64,000 nucleotides of DNA from Planctomycetota bacterium (GCA_965223265.1 OZ244999.1:8032001-8096000), one strand, 5' to 3'; numbered from the stretch's first letter, positions 20,040 to 30,215 are shown. Numbers and translations are program-made. The notes: generated by a model from the letters alone, not told the origin.

Positions 20040-20973
20040 ACTAGGACGCGGACTCGATCTTCTCATTCGAAAGCCTGCGGAGCCGCCTCCACCGCTTCCC
20101 GAAGAGACCCCACGAGTCGCCGAGGCGGGGTCGGGCGCGGCGGTCGAGAGCGACGAGTTTCAGCTCGTATCTGTCGACCCAAGAGCGGTGCGCGCGAATC
20201 CCGATCAGCCTCGTAAGCAGTTTGATGAAGAAGAGTTAGAGGCTCTCAAAGCGTCGATCTCGCAGGACGGGATCCTGCAGCCGCTTGTCCTGCGACGCGT
20301 CGACGACAGCTACGAGCTGATCGCCGGGGAGCGCCGCTTGCGCGCCGCACTCGAGCTCGACCTGCAGCGCGTTCCAGCAATGCTGACGGACTTCGACGAC
20401 GACCGCTTGCTCGAACTTGCTCTGGTCGAAAACATCCAACGCCAGGACTTGAACCCGATCGAAGTCGCCAAGGCCTACGCGCAGCTCATGGCGACGAAGA
20501 ACTGGACGCAGGAGGCGCTTGCCCGCTCCCTCGGCCTGTCGCGCTCAAGCGTTGCGAACTCTCTGCGTGTGCTGGACCTTCCGGAGGACATGCAGGTCTC
20601 ACTCGCAAAGTCGCAGATCAGCCCCGGGCACGCGAAGGTCCTGCTTTCCATCGACGAGGAAGAGCCGCGCCGCGAACTCTTCGAGCGCATCGCGGAGGAG
20701 CGCCTGACTGTCCGCGAGCTCGAGGAGGCCCGAGACGCCGCGCCGCAGCCAGCGCCTGCTGGCGTGGAGGCGAGCGTTCCCCCGTCGTCCCACCGTCCGC
20801 GTCCCCAGAAGAGGCGCGCCGACCTGCGACGCCTCGAAGAGGAGATGAGCGAAGCCATTGGGACGAAGGTGTCGATTCAGGAGCGCCGCGGCGGGCGCGG
20901 CAAAGTCACGGTGGAGTTTTACTCCGCAGACGACTTCGCCCGGATCCGCGAGCGCCTGACTGGCAGCGACTGA
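20026..20973 (+). CDS. parB: Chromosome partitioning CTPase ParB/Spo0J
   Basis: LGRGL N-terminal motif, NPDQPRK, GERRLRA arginine patch, ENIQRQDLNPIE, HTH RSSVANSLR...GHAK. Confidence 0.97.
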   Translation: MGGRKLGRGLDLLIRKPAEPPPPLPEETPRVAEAGSGAAVESDEFQLVSVDPRAVRANPDQPRKQFDEEELEALKASISQDGILQPLVLRRVDDSYELIAGERRLRAALELDLQRVPAMLTDFDDDRLLELALVENIQRQDLNPIEVAKAYAQLMATKNWTQEALARSLGLSRSSVANSLRVLDLPEDMQVSLAKSQISPGHAKVLLSIDEEEPRRELFERIAEERLTVRELEEARDAAPQPAPAGVEASVPPSSHRPRPQKRRADLRRLEEEMSEAIGTKVSIQERRGGRGKVTVEFYSADDFARIRERLTGSD

Positions 20974-20996
20974 AGCGCGTTTCACGCCTTTTTTTC
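20974..20996 (+). terminator. Putative intrinsic terminator after parB
   Basis: Short stem GCGT-TTC-ACGC followed by a T8 run immediately after the stop codon. Confidence 0.5.
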
Positions 20997-21073
20997 AGGG
21001 TCGAGGCAGCGTCGAGCCGGCGCCTGTGGAAGGTGAGCTCTGGTCTTTTTTGTCCATGCGTTCCGACCGAGTG

Positions 21074-21082
21074 TGTGGATAA
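21074..21082 (-). promoter_or_regulatory. Single perfect DnaA box
   Basis: TGTGGATAA is the reverse complement of TTATCCACA; intergenic, downstream of parB. Confidence 0.35.
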
Positions 21083-21249
21083 TGTCCGGGCTCGAGCGCC
21101 CTCCAGGTGACCTTCGACGTCACCATTCGGTGCCGGACGGAGCTGCCCGTTTCCGCCCGAAATCCCGCAAGGGGCGTCGACACTAGCGCCCGACGCGCCA
21201 TCGCGCCTGGGCGAAAACACCTTGGACGAGAATCGGTTGCGTCGCCTAC

Positions 21250-22908
21250 ATGAAAGCTCTCTCGGTGCGTCTTTGTGGGTTTGTTCTCGCTTTTGCTGTG
21301 ACCGCCCGGACGGCCGCGGAGTCCGACGTTCCCGCGCCGTCGAACTCCACGGCGGAATCTGCGGCAGCAAATCCGGGTGGAAGTTCCGCAGCCACCCCGC
21401 CGGCCGCTGACAGCGACTCCCACAACGTCGAGCTGGCACTCGCCGAGGCGGTGCGCATCGCCGTCGAGCACAATCTCGACGTCAGACTGGCGCGGCTCGA
21501 CGATGCCATCGGTCAGCGCAGTGTGGTCATCGCGCGGTCGGCGTTCGACCCGTTTTTCAACGTCTCGGCGAGCTTCGCCAAGAATCGCGACCCCACGGTC
21601 TCGTTCCTGGACGTCGGTACTGGAGTTCAGGGCGTCACCGTCAACCCATCTGAGATCACCAGCTATTCGGCGGGGCTCAATGGCACATGGCTCACTGGGG
21701 CGACTTACCAGCTGCAGCTGCAGCAGAACGCTTTCGATCGCCCGGCCGCCGCCGCCGGTGGGATCACCCGGCTCAACCCGATCAATCGCACCGACGTCGT
21801 CGCTGACCTTCGCCAACCCCTTTTGAAAGGAGCTTGGTTCGGCGTCAACAGCGCGGAGATTCGTATTGCGCGCAACGATCTCGATTTGACCCGTTACGAA
21901 TTCGAGCGTTTGCTCGCCGACACCATCTACGAGGTCGAAGCAGGCTATTGGGAGCTCACGTTCGCCCTGCAGAACCTGGCCGCAACGCAGAGTTCTGTCG
22001 CCGTCTCAACGCAAAACCTCGACAACGCCCGGAAGAATCGCGAGGCGGGAAGGTATTCCGACAACGATGTCCGCATCGCCGAAAGCCAGCTCTATCTGCG
22101 CAAAGTCGAGTTTCAAGAGGCGGAGCTGCTGGCGGCGAACGCACGGGATGCGCTGCTCAATCGCATCAACTACGCTGGCGAGATCTCGCTCCGTCAGCGC
22201 CGCAGCAGCGGTGATCGGCGCGGCTCGTACGACCACCTGCGTGTGCGGTGCACCACGGAGCCGAGCCTCGAGATGCCGCAGCTCGACCCTGATGCGGCAG
22301 TCGCCCTGGCGTTCGAGCTGCGCCCGGAGTACCGCCAGCTTGCGACCCGCATTGGTACGCAATCGATCCGCCTCGAGGTGGCGCGCAGCGAGCTTCTCCC
22401 GGCCCTCGATATCTTCGGACGCTGGACTCAGCTCGGAATGGAGGAGACCTACGACGATGCCTACCGGAGCCTAGGTCGAGGGAACTTCTACGACTGGCTC
22501 GTCGGGGTTGAAATGTCGGTGCCGCTGTCAAACCGCGGCCCGCGCAGCCGATACCGCAATGCCCGCAGCGAAAATGTGAAGCTCTACCTCGAGCGTCAGG
22601 CACTCGAGAATTCGATCGTCCTCGAGGTCGATCTCGCCGCTCGGACCCTGCGGAATCTCCGCGACCGCTCGATCGACTTGGACGCCCAGGTACAGGTCCA
22701 AGCACAGCTCCTGGCGGACGAGCGGAGCAATCTTGCGGCTGGCCGCACGATTCCCTACGCCGTCACGGTGGTGGAGAACGACCTCGTCGCGAGTCGCACG
22801 GCAGCACTTCGAGCCAAGGCGGATCTTGAGATCGCCAAGGCGGACTATTATCGCGCCACGGGGCAGCTTCTGCGGCGCTACGGCATCGTCGTCCTCGAGA
22901 GCGACTGA
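21250..22908 (+). CDS. TolC family outer membrane protein
   Basis: Signal peptide; LAEAVRIAVEHNLDV, LRQPLLKG, VEAGYWEL, RPEY, VPLSNR; two OEP repeats. Confidence 0.9.
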   Translation: MKALSVRLCGFVLAFAVTARTAAESDVPAPSNSTAESAAANPGGSSAATPPAADSDSHNVELALAEAVRIAVEHNLDVRLARLDDAIGQRSVVIARSAFDPFFNVSASFAKNRDPTVSFLDVGTGVQGVTVNPSEITSYSAGLNGTWLTGATYQLQLQQNAFDRPAAAAGGITRLNPINRTDVVADLRQPLLKGAWFGVNSAEIRIARNDLDLTRYEFERLLADTIYEVEAGYWELTFALQNLAATQSSVAVSTQNLDNARKNREAGRYSDNDVRIAESQLYLRKVEFQEAELLAANARDALLNRINYAGEISLRQRRSSGDRRGSYDHLRVRCTTEPSLEMPQLDPDAAVALAFELRPEYRQLATRIGTQSIRLEVARSELLPALDIFGRWTQLGMEETYDDAYRSLGRGNFYDWLVGVEMSVPLSNRGPRSRYRNARSENVKLYLERQALENSIVLEVDLAARTLRNLRDRSIDLDAQVQVQAQLLADERSNLAAGRTIPYAVTVVENDLVASRTAALRAKADLEIAKADYYRATGQLLRRYGIVVLESD

Positions 22909-22944
22909 CACCGCGCGTGCTGCGTTTCACACGGCGGCAGCCGC

Positions 22945-25380
22945 TCATCTCCCTCGGAGCTTGACGACCACCTCGACGGTCTTGCCATCTCGCCGCAGCT
23001 TGATGATCACCTCGTCTCCGGGAGAATGCTGCCGTAGTAGCTCGGTCCAGTGACTGACGCTGTCGATCTCGGTGTCTCCCCAGCGCAGGAGGACATCGCC
23101 CGCTTTGACGCCTGCGGCGGCCGCCGGCGACCCCTTGCGGATGTCCTCGAAACGTACACCGCGTTCTGAGAACGCATAGTCTGGCACCGACCCGAAGACG
23201 ACACGGAAGCCACCGGCCCGGGGGCGCGGAAACTCCACCCGCAGAGTCTCGATTTTGCCGTCGCGGCGCACTTCGAGTGCCACCTCGCTGCCGGCCTCTG
23301 CAGCTTGGACGGCTTCGACGAGCTGCGTGAAGTTGCTGATCGGTTCATTCCCGAAGCGGACGATCACATCGCCGGCCAACACGTTTCCTTTAGCGGCGGG
23401 TGATTCCGGCTCGACGTCGGTGACGCGGGCGCCTGGCTCGCTGAACTCCGAGTCGATGTGGACGCCGAGCTTCGGGCGGCCGCCGCCGTGGCCCGCCAGC
23501 GAAGTCGTTTCCTCGTTGAAACTGGGTGCCGACGGCATGGTCCGGACACGCTCAAGCACCGTCCCAATGACGTTGACGATTTGCTCGAGCGCCGGCAGGT
23601 TGAGCCGATCGACGTCATCTTCCGGCGTGTTGTAGTCGGCATGAATCCCTGTGAAAAAGAAGAGCGCCGGGATCTCGCGGCGCAGGAAGTGGGCATGGTC
23701 CGAGCCGCCGCCGCCAGGACCGCGGGTGCGATTGAGCTCGACCCCGCCACTTCCCTTGGCGACTTCGTCAAGCAGCTGTAGCAGCTCCGGGGAGCTGTCG
23801 CTGCCGATCACGTTGAGCACGGTGTTCTTCTTGGCACGGCCGATCATGTCGAGGTTGAGCATGGCAACGACCTCGTGGAGCAGAGCGGAACCGGCGATCT
23901 GCTCCACGCCGGTAGGTGCTACCCAGGTGCGATCGCCCGCTGGAGTCTCGACCTCGAGAAAGCCGTGATGCGTCCCACCGGTGGCGGTGACGCTGGTGCC
24001 CGCGGGGACGAGCTGCGTGCCATCGGCACCGGCGGCAGCGAACGGATCACGGGGGACGGCTTCGCTCAGGCGGAGGAGCCGCGGGGTACGCACCCAGTGG
24101 CGACTTCCCAGCAGGCCGATCTCCTCGCCGGAGAACAGGACGAAGATCACGGCTCGGCGCCCTTCCTCCGGGGTCGAGGCGGCGTCGGTCGCGTGCGCCA
24201 TCCTGGCCAGCTCCAGGACCCCGGCGACGCCGCTGGCGTTATCGTCGGCGCCATTATGGATTTTTCCCACGTTCTCCGGCTTGACCTGATCGCCAAAGCG
24301 GCCGATGTGGTCGTAGTGTCCACCAACGACGACGGTCTCCTTCCCGAGCGCGCCGCTCCCAGGCAGCTTGGCGGCGACGTTGCGCAGGAGGGCGTAGCCG
24401 AGTCGGGTCTCAAACTTTAGTCGCGTCTTGGGGATTTCGAAGCTGGCTGGCTTGAGCTCGTTCTCGATGGACTGCACGACCTCCGCGAGGCTGCGTCCGG
24501 CGCGACGAAGGACTGCGTCGACGACGTCGGCTCGCGCGATGAGTGCTGGTAGGGTGGGGTGCCGCGGCGCGGCGCGGCGCGCGAAACCTTGGAGATTGCG
24601 CACGCTCGCGACTTCGCTGCGCGCCAGGTTTGAGTCGGGAGGGGTGACGAAGACCACCCCGGCGGCGCCGTGCTTGCGGGCGTTTCGCAGCTTGCTGAGA
24701 AAGGGCGCGTGTGGGCTCCCGCGGCCGCCGAAAGGATCAACCCCGCTGCCCGCGCCGGGCACGAAGCGCAGGACGATGACGATCTTGCCGGTGACGTCGA
24801 TGCCGCTATAGTCATCGTAGGCGAGCCCTTCGTCGCGCTCATCTTCCGACGTGGTGATGCCGTAGCCGGCGAAGACCAGGGGCGCTTCGACAACGCGCGC
24901 GTCGCCGTAGGCGAGCGGCATGGCGTCGATCCACGGCGCCCACGTTGTCTCGCCCTGCTCGTCGCTGAGCTTGGCCCCGAGCTGGCGACCGAAGTCGGCG
25001 CCGAACGGCGCGGTGAAGTATTGAAAGAAGCTGCCGTGATCGCCGGCTGGCTCAAGTCCCATGGCCGCGAGCTCCGTCGCCAAGTATTCCGCCGCGATCT
25101 CTAGGCCGGGTTCGCCGCTGTCGCGACCACCGAGGGCGTCGCTGGCAAGGAATGAGACGTGCTCGTGAAGGCGCGCCCGGTTTGCCTGTGCGGCCGGTGC
25201 TGCAGCGTTTTCGGGCGCCGCGAAAACGCTCCCGCGCAAGGCAACCGGGAGTTGTGGCAGCTGTGCCGCGATCGTCAGCGCACAGGCTAGAGCAGCGAGG
25301 GCGGCGCCGGGAGCGCGACGCAGCCGCTGGCGCACGGACTGGTGAGGCTGATCGTGTAGGCTTGGCTGATAATGTGGCAT
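22945..25380 (-). CDS. M28 family metallopeptidase with PA domain and two C-terminal PDZ domains
   Basis: FLASDALGGR, GHYDH, GADDNASG, GEEIGLLGS, LNLDMIGR, SDH; start codon uncertain. Confidence 0.92.
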   Translation of the reverse strand: MPHYQPSLHDQPHQSVRQRLRRAPGAALAALACALTIAAQLPQLPVALRGSVFAAPENAAAPAAQANRARLHEHVSFLASDALGGRDSGEPGLEIAAEYLATELAAMGLEPAGDHGSFFQYFTAPFGADFGRQLGAKLSDEQGETTWAPWIDAMPLAYGDARVVEAPLVFAGYGITTSEDERDEGLAYDDYSGIDVTGKIVIVLRFVPGAGSGVDPFGGRGSPHAPFLSKLRNARKHGAAGVVFVTPPDSNLARSEVASVRNLQGFARRAAPRHPTLPALIARADVVDAVLRRAGRSLAEVVQSIENELKPASFEIPKTRLKFETRLGYALLRNVAAKLPGSGALGKETVVVGGHYDHIGRFGDQVKPENVGKIHNGADDNASGVAGVLELARMAHATDAASTPEEGRRAVIFVLFSGEEIGLLGSRHWVRTPRLLRLSEAVPRDPFAAAGADGTQLVPAGTSVTATGGTHHGFLEVETPAGDRTWVAPTGVEQIAGSALLHEVVAMLNLDMIGRAKKNTVLNVIGSDSSPELLQLLDEVAKGSGGVELNRTRGPGGGGSDHAHFLRREIPALFFFTGIHADYNTPEDDVDRLNLPALEQIVNVIGTVLERVRTMPSAPSFNEETTSLAGHGGGRPKLGVHIDSEFSEPGARVTDVEPESPAAKGNVLAGDVIVRFGNEPISNFTQLVEAVQAAEAGSEVALEVRRDGKIETLRVEFPRPRAGGFRVVFGSVPDYAFSERGVRFEDIRKGSPAAAAGVKAGDVLLRWGDTEIDSVSHWTELLRQHSPGDEVIIKLRRDGKTVEVVVKLRGR

Positions 25381-25608
25381 GCAACTCTCCGAGCTGTTCT
25401 TCCCGCCGTTTGAATCGGCACTCGCCGGCGATGGCGAGGTGATCATGAAAGCGAAAAACGCTGGTGGGTCTCCAGGCGGGCCCGGCGTCAACGCCTGCTT
25501 CGCCGCTTGTTTTATGGTACCTGAAATCTTCTGTTTTATCCTACCGGGGCCGGGCGACCGAAGGTCGAGACCCAGCCGGTATCAAGCCCTGGGCGCGACG
25601 CTGTTTCG

Positions 25609-26601
25609 TCATGTCGCGCTGGGCTCGGGCACGACGATAGCGAACCTCGACGGCAGCACCTCGACCCTGAAATGATCGGCACTGAGCCAGACATCACCGT
25701 CCACGAGAAGGGGTGCCGGGCGGTCGAGTCGCAGCTGTACGGGGCCGTGGGTTTGATGGTAGGCGATCTCCGGACGATCCAGATGCTCACCGCGCGATAT
25801 GGCCCGAAAGACCGCGAGAAAGGAATCCGCGTCCGCACGCACATAGCAGATGTCGGCTTTTCCGTCGTCGAGCCGTGCTCCTGGGCAGGGAAAGAATTTG
25901 CCGCCGAGTGAGCGCTCGTTACCGACGAATGCGGCGACGATGTTCTCGTCGCTCGAGGCCCCGCCGGGCAGCTCGAGGCGCAGTCGGAGCGTGGCGCGCC
26001 GCAGCCCTTCCGGCCGCCGGAGCGTCGTCAGTCCTCGCGCCGCCAGCAGCCGATAGATCTGGGGGCCGAGCGGTTTGAGAATGGGACGAAGCCAGCGCCG
26101 CCGGCGGAGCCGGTCGTACTGCGCGGCGATCTCCGTTGCGAATCCGAGCGTCGCCGATTGCACCGACAGCCGCGTCGCCTGTCCGTTCGCCCCCGGTGCG
26201 GAGAAAAGGAGAGCGTCGATACGGCGGAGGCGCTCGCCGTGGAGGGCCAGGTGGAACGCCGCCGCGGGCTCGAGCGGCAGGGAGAGCCCGCGGCAAAGGT
26301 TGTTACCGGTGCCTGCGGGAACGATCCCCACCGGGCAGTCGGTGGCGCTGCGGCCCAGTCGATGGAGCCACTCGAAGGCCGCATTGACGCTGCCGTCGCC
26401 GCCAATGACGATCACCCGGTCGGGGGCGGCGATCGAATCGATGCCCATGCCCGCATCGCCACTGCGGAAATCAAGCGCGACCCAGTCGAGCTCCGGGCTC
26501 GGCGAGCGAGCGCTTGGACTCGGCAGCGGCAGCCGGCGAAGCGCGGCAGCAACGCGGCCTCCTTGGCGAGAACTCGGATTGTAGAGTACGGCGTAGCGCA
26601 T
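25609..26601 (-). CDS. Diacylglycerol/lipid kinase family protein
   Basis: NPSS, GGDGSV, PAGTGNN, LDDG, VDGD motifs. Confidence 0.9.
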   Translation of the reverse strand: MRYAVLYNPSSRQGGRVAAALRRLPLPSPSARSPSPELDWVALDFRSGDAGMGIDSIAAPDRVIVIGGDGSVNAAFEWLHRLGRSATDCPVGIVPAGTGNNLCRGLSLPLEPAAAFHLALHGERLRRIDALLFSAPGANGQATRLSVQSATLGFATEIAAQYDRLRRRRWLRPILKPLGPQIYRLLAARGLTTLRRPEGLRRATLRLRLELPGGASSDENIVAAFVGNERSLGGKFFPCPGARLDDGKADICYVRADADSFLAVFRAISRGEHLDRPEIAYHQTHGPVQLRLDRPAPLLVDGDVWLSADHFRVEVLPSRFAIVVPEPSAT

Positions 26602-26833
26602 CGATTTTGGCGGTCTCCTTTTCTCTTCAGCGCGGATCGTTGCCGCCGGTCGACACTGACCGCGACCAAGGATGACCGCGGTGGTACGGGCCACTCGCAG
26701 GCCGCGTGACTCCCCAACCGCGAGGAAGGTGGGCGTGTCTCCCCGCTGCTTGACTCATTCTGCACTCCTCCTGTGAATTCTGCTCGCCCGACCCCGGCAA
26801 AGCTCGTGCGTCGTCCGCTGATTCTCCTGTTCC

Positions 26834-26861
26834 TTGACCGCCCCCCGGCCGCTACTATAAT
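26834..26861 (+). promoter_or_regulatory. Near-consensus sigma-70 promoter
   Basis: TTGACC-N16-TATAAT. Confidence 0.7.
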
Positions 26862-26867
26862 CCGGGC

Positions 26868-27010
26868 GGTAGTTGATCCTTCCTTTCAAGATTCCGCCGT
26901 GCTTTGAAGCCGGCCAGGAGACCAAGCTCACTTTGGGCCGACGCCGACACGCGACTCAAGCGACCTCCAAGCCAAAGTCTTCAGACGGGGCCGCGGTGTC
27001 CGGGAGCACC
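26868..27010 (+). ncRNA. Candidate structured RNA (6S-like rod or structured leader)
   Basis: Begins just after the strong promoter; nested long-range pairings CCGT/ACGG, TTGAAG/CTTCAG, GGC/GCC, GGAG/CTCC. Confidence 0.35.
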
Positions 27011-27985
27011 GACGAAAGTGAGGAGAGATCGAGCGACGGTGCGCACGTCATTGCGTCGGCTCGTTCCGCGCCGCGGCTTTGGCCCTTGGCGGTTGTGCTT
27101 CTGATCCAGGCGAGCTACATCGCGCTGATCTACTTCGTTTCGGGGGTCTACGCCTCACCCGGCCATTTGGAGGCGCAGGATGCGGTGGCGCTGCCGCAGC
27201 AGACAGCCGAGCTGTCGGTGCGTATCCATCGACAGCGTGCGGCGCTGGTGAGCACGCGGGCAAGTCGAGACGTCGCGAGCGTCGAGCTGAGGATCGCCGG
27301 CCCGCGGCCGGCGGCCCATGACCTCCCAACCGACCACGACCACCCCTCGGCGCACGACGACGAGGCTCACGGCGAAGCAACCCGCGGCGCGCACGATTCT
27401 GGGATTGAGGACGGTGCGGCGCGCGACGCCAACGGCGGCAGTCCGAGCTTGGCAGCCGTCGCCTCCACGGACGCTGACGGTGTCGCTACCTGGTCGATTC
27501 AGGCGCCGTCGACTCCGGGGGTCTATGCTTTTGATGTCGCAGCGTCGCCCGGTGGTCCTGCTCCAGCGACGCTCCTCCTGGCGGTGACGGCGGCGGACAA
27601 CCCACCGCTCCTTGTCAGTGTGGAGGCTCTCGACCCGCGCCTCTCGCCGGCGCCGCTGCTCAACGTCACGAATCCTGTGGTACTTTACTTTCGCCGCGGT
27701 GTCGGTGAGTGGCGTCCGAGGCGTCCGCAGTTCGCCGCCCTCGGGCCGCGGCCGATGGTCGCGTGGCCCGCCGATGAGAGTGAGCTGCGGGAAGCAGCGA
27801 CGCGCTTCGCCGGTAGGTTCCAGCAGCCGGTCTGGGCCGTGAGCGCGAACGTTGCGGAGGCGCAGAGGCTGAAGCTTGCGGGCATCCAGGTGGTGCTCCT
27901 GGGCGTCGCGGCACCCGGCACCGGGATCGAGAGCGTGCCTTCGTGGGAAGCGGTGGTCGACCGCGTCCAGTCGCGTCAGCGCTGA
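26996..27985 (+). CDS. Hypothetical membrane-anchored protein with His/Asp-rich insert
   Basis: TM helix LWPLAVVLLIQASYIALIYFV, Ig-like segment, HDLPTDHDHPSAHDDEAH insert; start uncertain (ORF track starts at 26873). Confidence 0.6.
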   Translation: MSGSTDESEERSSDGAHVIASARSAPRLWPLAVVLLIQASYIALIYFVSGVYASPGHLEAQDAVALPQQTAELSVRIHRQRAALVSTRASRDVASVELRIAGPRPAAHDLPTDHDHPSAHDDEAHGEATRGAHDSGIEDGAARDANGGSPSLAAVASTDADGVATWSIQAPSTPGVYAFDVAASPGGPAPATLLLAVTAADNPPLLVSVEALDPRLSPAPLLNVTNPVVLYFRRGVGEWRPRRPQFAALGPRPMVAWPADESELREAATRFAGRFQQPVWAVSANVAEAQRLKLAGIQVVLLGVAAPGTGIESVPSWEAVVDRVQSRQR

Positions 27986-28034
27986 GAGCTTGGTGACGAC
28001 CACCCGAAGCGCCACGCAGGGCTGGTGCGTTGTT

Positions 28035-28676
28035 TCACGATGGGGCGTTTTCGACGTCTGATTCTTCGGGCTCGATCGGCGTGATCGCGAAGGCGACACC
28101 ACTGCGCACGAGAATTGCAGCGACGATCTCCGCGACCGTCGCGGCGATATTGGTGCAAAAGCGTTGGCGCTCGATGCTGGCGAAGTCGCCGAACGGCTCC
28201 GTCAGAGTGTTGCAGATCGTGCATCCGCCCTCGCCGCCGGGGCCGCGGTCGACACGTTCCTGCCAGGCGCGCCGATAGTGGCCCGCTGCCGCGCGCAGCG
28301 CCGGGGTGACGCCCGCGGTCGGATCGGGGTCGCCGAGGAGCTCCCCCAGCACGAGCTCGCCTGCTTTGATCGCGCCGCATTCACCTTCGCCCGTAATGCC
28401 GCCGCGGCGTAGCGACTGATAGGGCGGCGACGGCAAGTTGAAGGTCTCGGCCAGAGCGATGCCGCAGCTTCGGTGCGGCGTCACGCGCCCTTCGTAGAGA
28501 ACGAACGCTTTGTCGCGAGCCGCCGCCACGAGAGACTTCTCTGCGGCGCTGAGTGGGCGCTCGAGGTCGGCAGCGTTCGACGCAGGTGGAGGCGGTGGAC
28601 TGTCGGGCGAGTTTGGCATGTATTTGGTGTTTCGGATCGAGACGACGGCAGAAACGACGCCTTTGGCGCCGGACAT
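28035..28676 (-). CDS. C-GCAxxG-C-C family putative redox-active protein
   Basis: Spaced cysteines: SCG, GGITGEGECGAIKAG, CTICNTL, FCTNI. Start could be ATG at 28619. Confidence 0.75.
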   Translation of the reverse strand: MSGAKGVVSAVVSIRNTKYMPNSPDSPPPPPASNAADLERPLSAAEKSLVAAARDKAFVLYEGRVTPHRSCGIALAETFNLPSPPYQSLRRGGITGEGECGAIKAGELVLGELLGDPDPTAGVTPALRAAAGHYRRAWQERVDRGPGGEGGCTICNTLTEPFGDFASIERQRFCTNIAATVAEIVAAILVRSGVAFAITPIEPEESDVENAPS

Positions 28677-28861
28677 TCTTCGCGTGGCCGTCGGTTGAAT
28701 GATACCGTCGAGGGGAGCTACGTCACGGATCGGAGCAGGTTATCACAACGTCTTGGAGCACCATAGCCTCCTTGCCTGAACTCGTCCGCGCGTGTTCCAA
28801 TGCGGCGGCACTTGGACCCCAGAATCCACCGAGTCTTGCCTTTTAGGGTCGTTGAGCATCG

Positions 28862-30061
28862 ATGAGATTTGTCACCGCCACCACAACATCCGACGTTCCA
28901 GCACAAGCTGCGCGGGAGCTCGTTGACGGAGTTCAGGCTGAGCTTGGGTCTGCGACGCGGGACCTCGCGTGTCTGTTCATGACACCGCACTACGCGCACG
29001 AGCTCGAGGAGATGGTGGAGTCGCTCCATCGCGATCTGGCACCTGAACATCTGGTCGGCTGCACCGCTGAAAGCGTCATTGGCGGCGGCGAGGAATTTGA
29101 GCGCGGACCCGCGGCGACGCTCTGGGTCGCTTCGCTTCCGGGCATCGAGGTCGAGACGACGCATATCCGTTTCGAGCAGACGCTCGATGGATACCTTTTC
29201 GCAGCGCAGCCGCAGTTTCCTCCGGACGCGCGCGGTCTCGTCCTATTTTGTGAGCCGCATTCGTTTCCGGCACATCTGTTTCTCAAGCAGCTCGCTGAGT
29301 CGCACCAGGAACTGCCGGTGGTTGGGGGCATGGCCAGCGGATCGCGCTCGCCGGGCGAGAATCGCCTCTTCCACGGCGGTCGCGTGCACGTCCATGGCGC
29401 CGTTGCCGCGCGCCTCTCGGGGCCGATTTGTGTACGGCCTGTCGTCTCGCAGGGGTGCCGACCCATCGGCAAGACGTGCGTGGTCACCAAGGCGGACGAC
29501 AACGTCATCTTCGAGCTTGGTGGCCGTCCGGCTCTCGAGCAACTGATGGAGATCGTTCGAGGCCTGCCGTCGCACGAGCAGACGCTCGTTGAGCAAGGGC
29601 TCCACATCGGCATCGCGGTCGACGCAGGAAAGAACGAGCAACGCCGCGGCGACTTCTTGGTGCGGGCGGTCGTCGGCATCGACCGTGACCGCGGGGCGGT
29701 CGCGATTGGCGATCACGTCCGTCCCGGGCAGACGGTTCAGTTTCACATTCGTGACGCCGAGTCGGCGAGTGAGGATCTGAGAGAGCTCCTCGACGTGGCA
29801 CGCGCCGAGGGTGCTGCGCCGCGCGGGGCGCTTCTCTTCACCTGTAACGGCCGTGGTCGGCGCCTCTTCGACGAAGAACATCACGATGCTTCCCGGGTCT
29901 TTCGCGGCTTCTCTCAGGTGCCGCTCGGGGGTTTTTTCGCAGCCGGTGAACTCGGCCCCATCGGCAGCCGGAACTTTGTGCACGGGTTCACTGCCAGCAT
30001 TGCGCTTTTCGAGCACCAGCAGGAACGCCAGGACCACCGGCGAGACAGGATGCGACCGTAA
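28862..30061 (+). CDS. FIST N/C domain signal transduction protein
   Basis: GCTAESVIG, PVVGGMASG, VSQGCRPIG, LLFTCNGRG, GFFAAGELGP, HGFTAS. Confidence 0.93.
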   Translation: MRFVTATTTSDVPAQAARELVDGVQAELGSATRDLACLFMTPHYAHELEEMVESLHRDLAPEHLVGCTAESVIGGGEEFERGPAATLWVASLPGIEVETTHIRFEQTLDGYLFAAQPQFPPDARGLVLFCEPHSFPAHLFLKQLAESHQELPVVGGMASGSRSPGENRLFHGGRVHVHGAVAARLSGPICVRPVVSQGCRPIGKTCVVTKADDNVIFELGGRPALEQLMEIVRGLPSHEQTLVEQGLHIGIAVDAGKNEQRRGDFLVRAVVGIDRDRGAVAIGDHVRPGQTVQFHIRDAESASEDLRELLDVARAEGAAPRGALLFTCNGRGRRLFDEEHHDASRVFRGFSQVPLGGFFAAGELGPIGSRNFVHGFTASIALFEHQQERQDHRRDRMRP

Positions 30062-30215
30062 TGCTTCCAGGCCGTACGCTTTTGTTTCACCCATCCATCG
30101 CGCTCTGATTGAGCTTGGCGCTTCGAGCGAGGCGCATCACCCTCATCGGAATGTTTCAGTTTCTGTCTCTGTCTCTGTCTCCTTCATAGACTCCGCGAAT
30201 TCTTGGAATCAGGTC

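Noticed and set aside
26865-26876. ops/JUMPStart element GGCGGTAG
   Set aside because: It lacks the nnTG ending, overlaps the predicted TSS, and is not upstream of a polysaccharide operon.
26905-26925. Cobalamin riboswitch (GCCAGGAGACC resembles the B12 box)
   Set aside because: The upstream core elements are absent and there is no room for them after the promoter; no B12-related gene follows.
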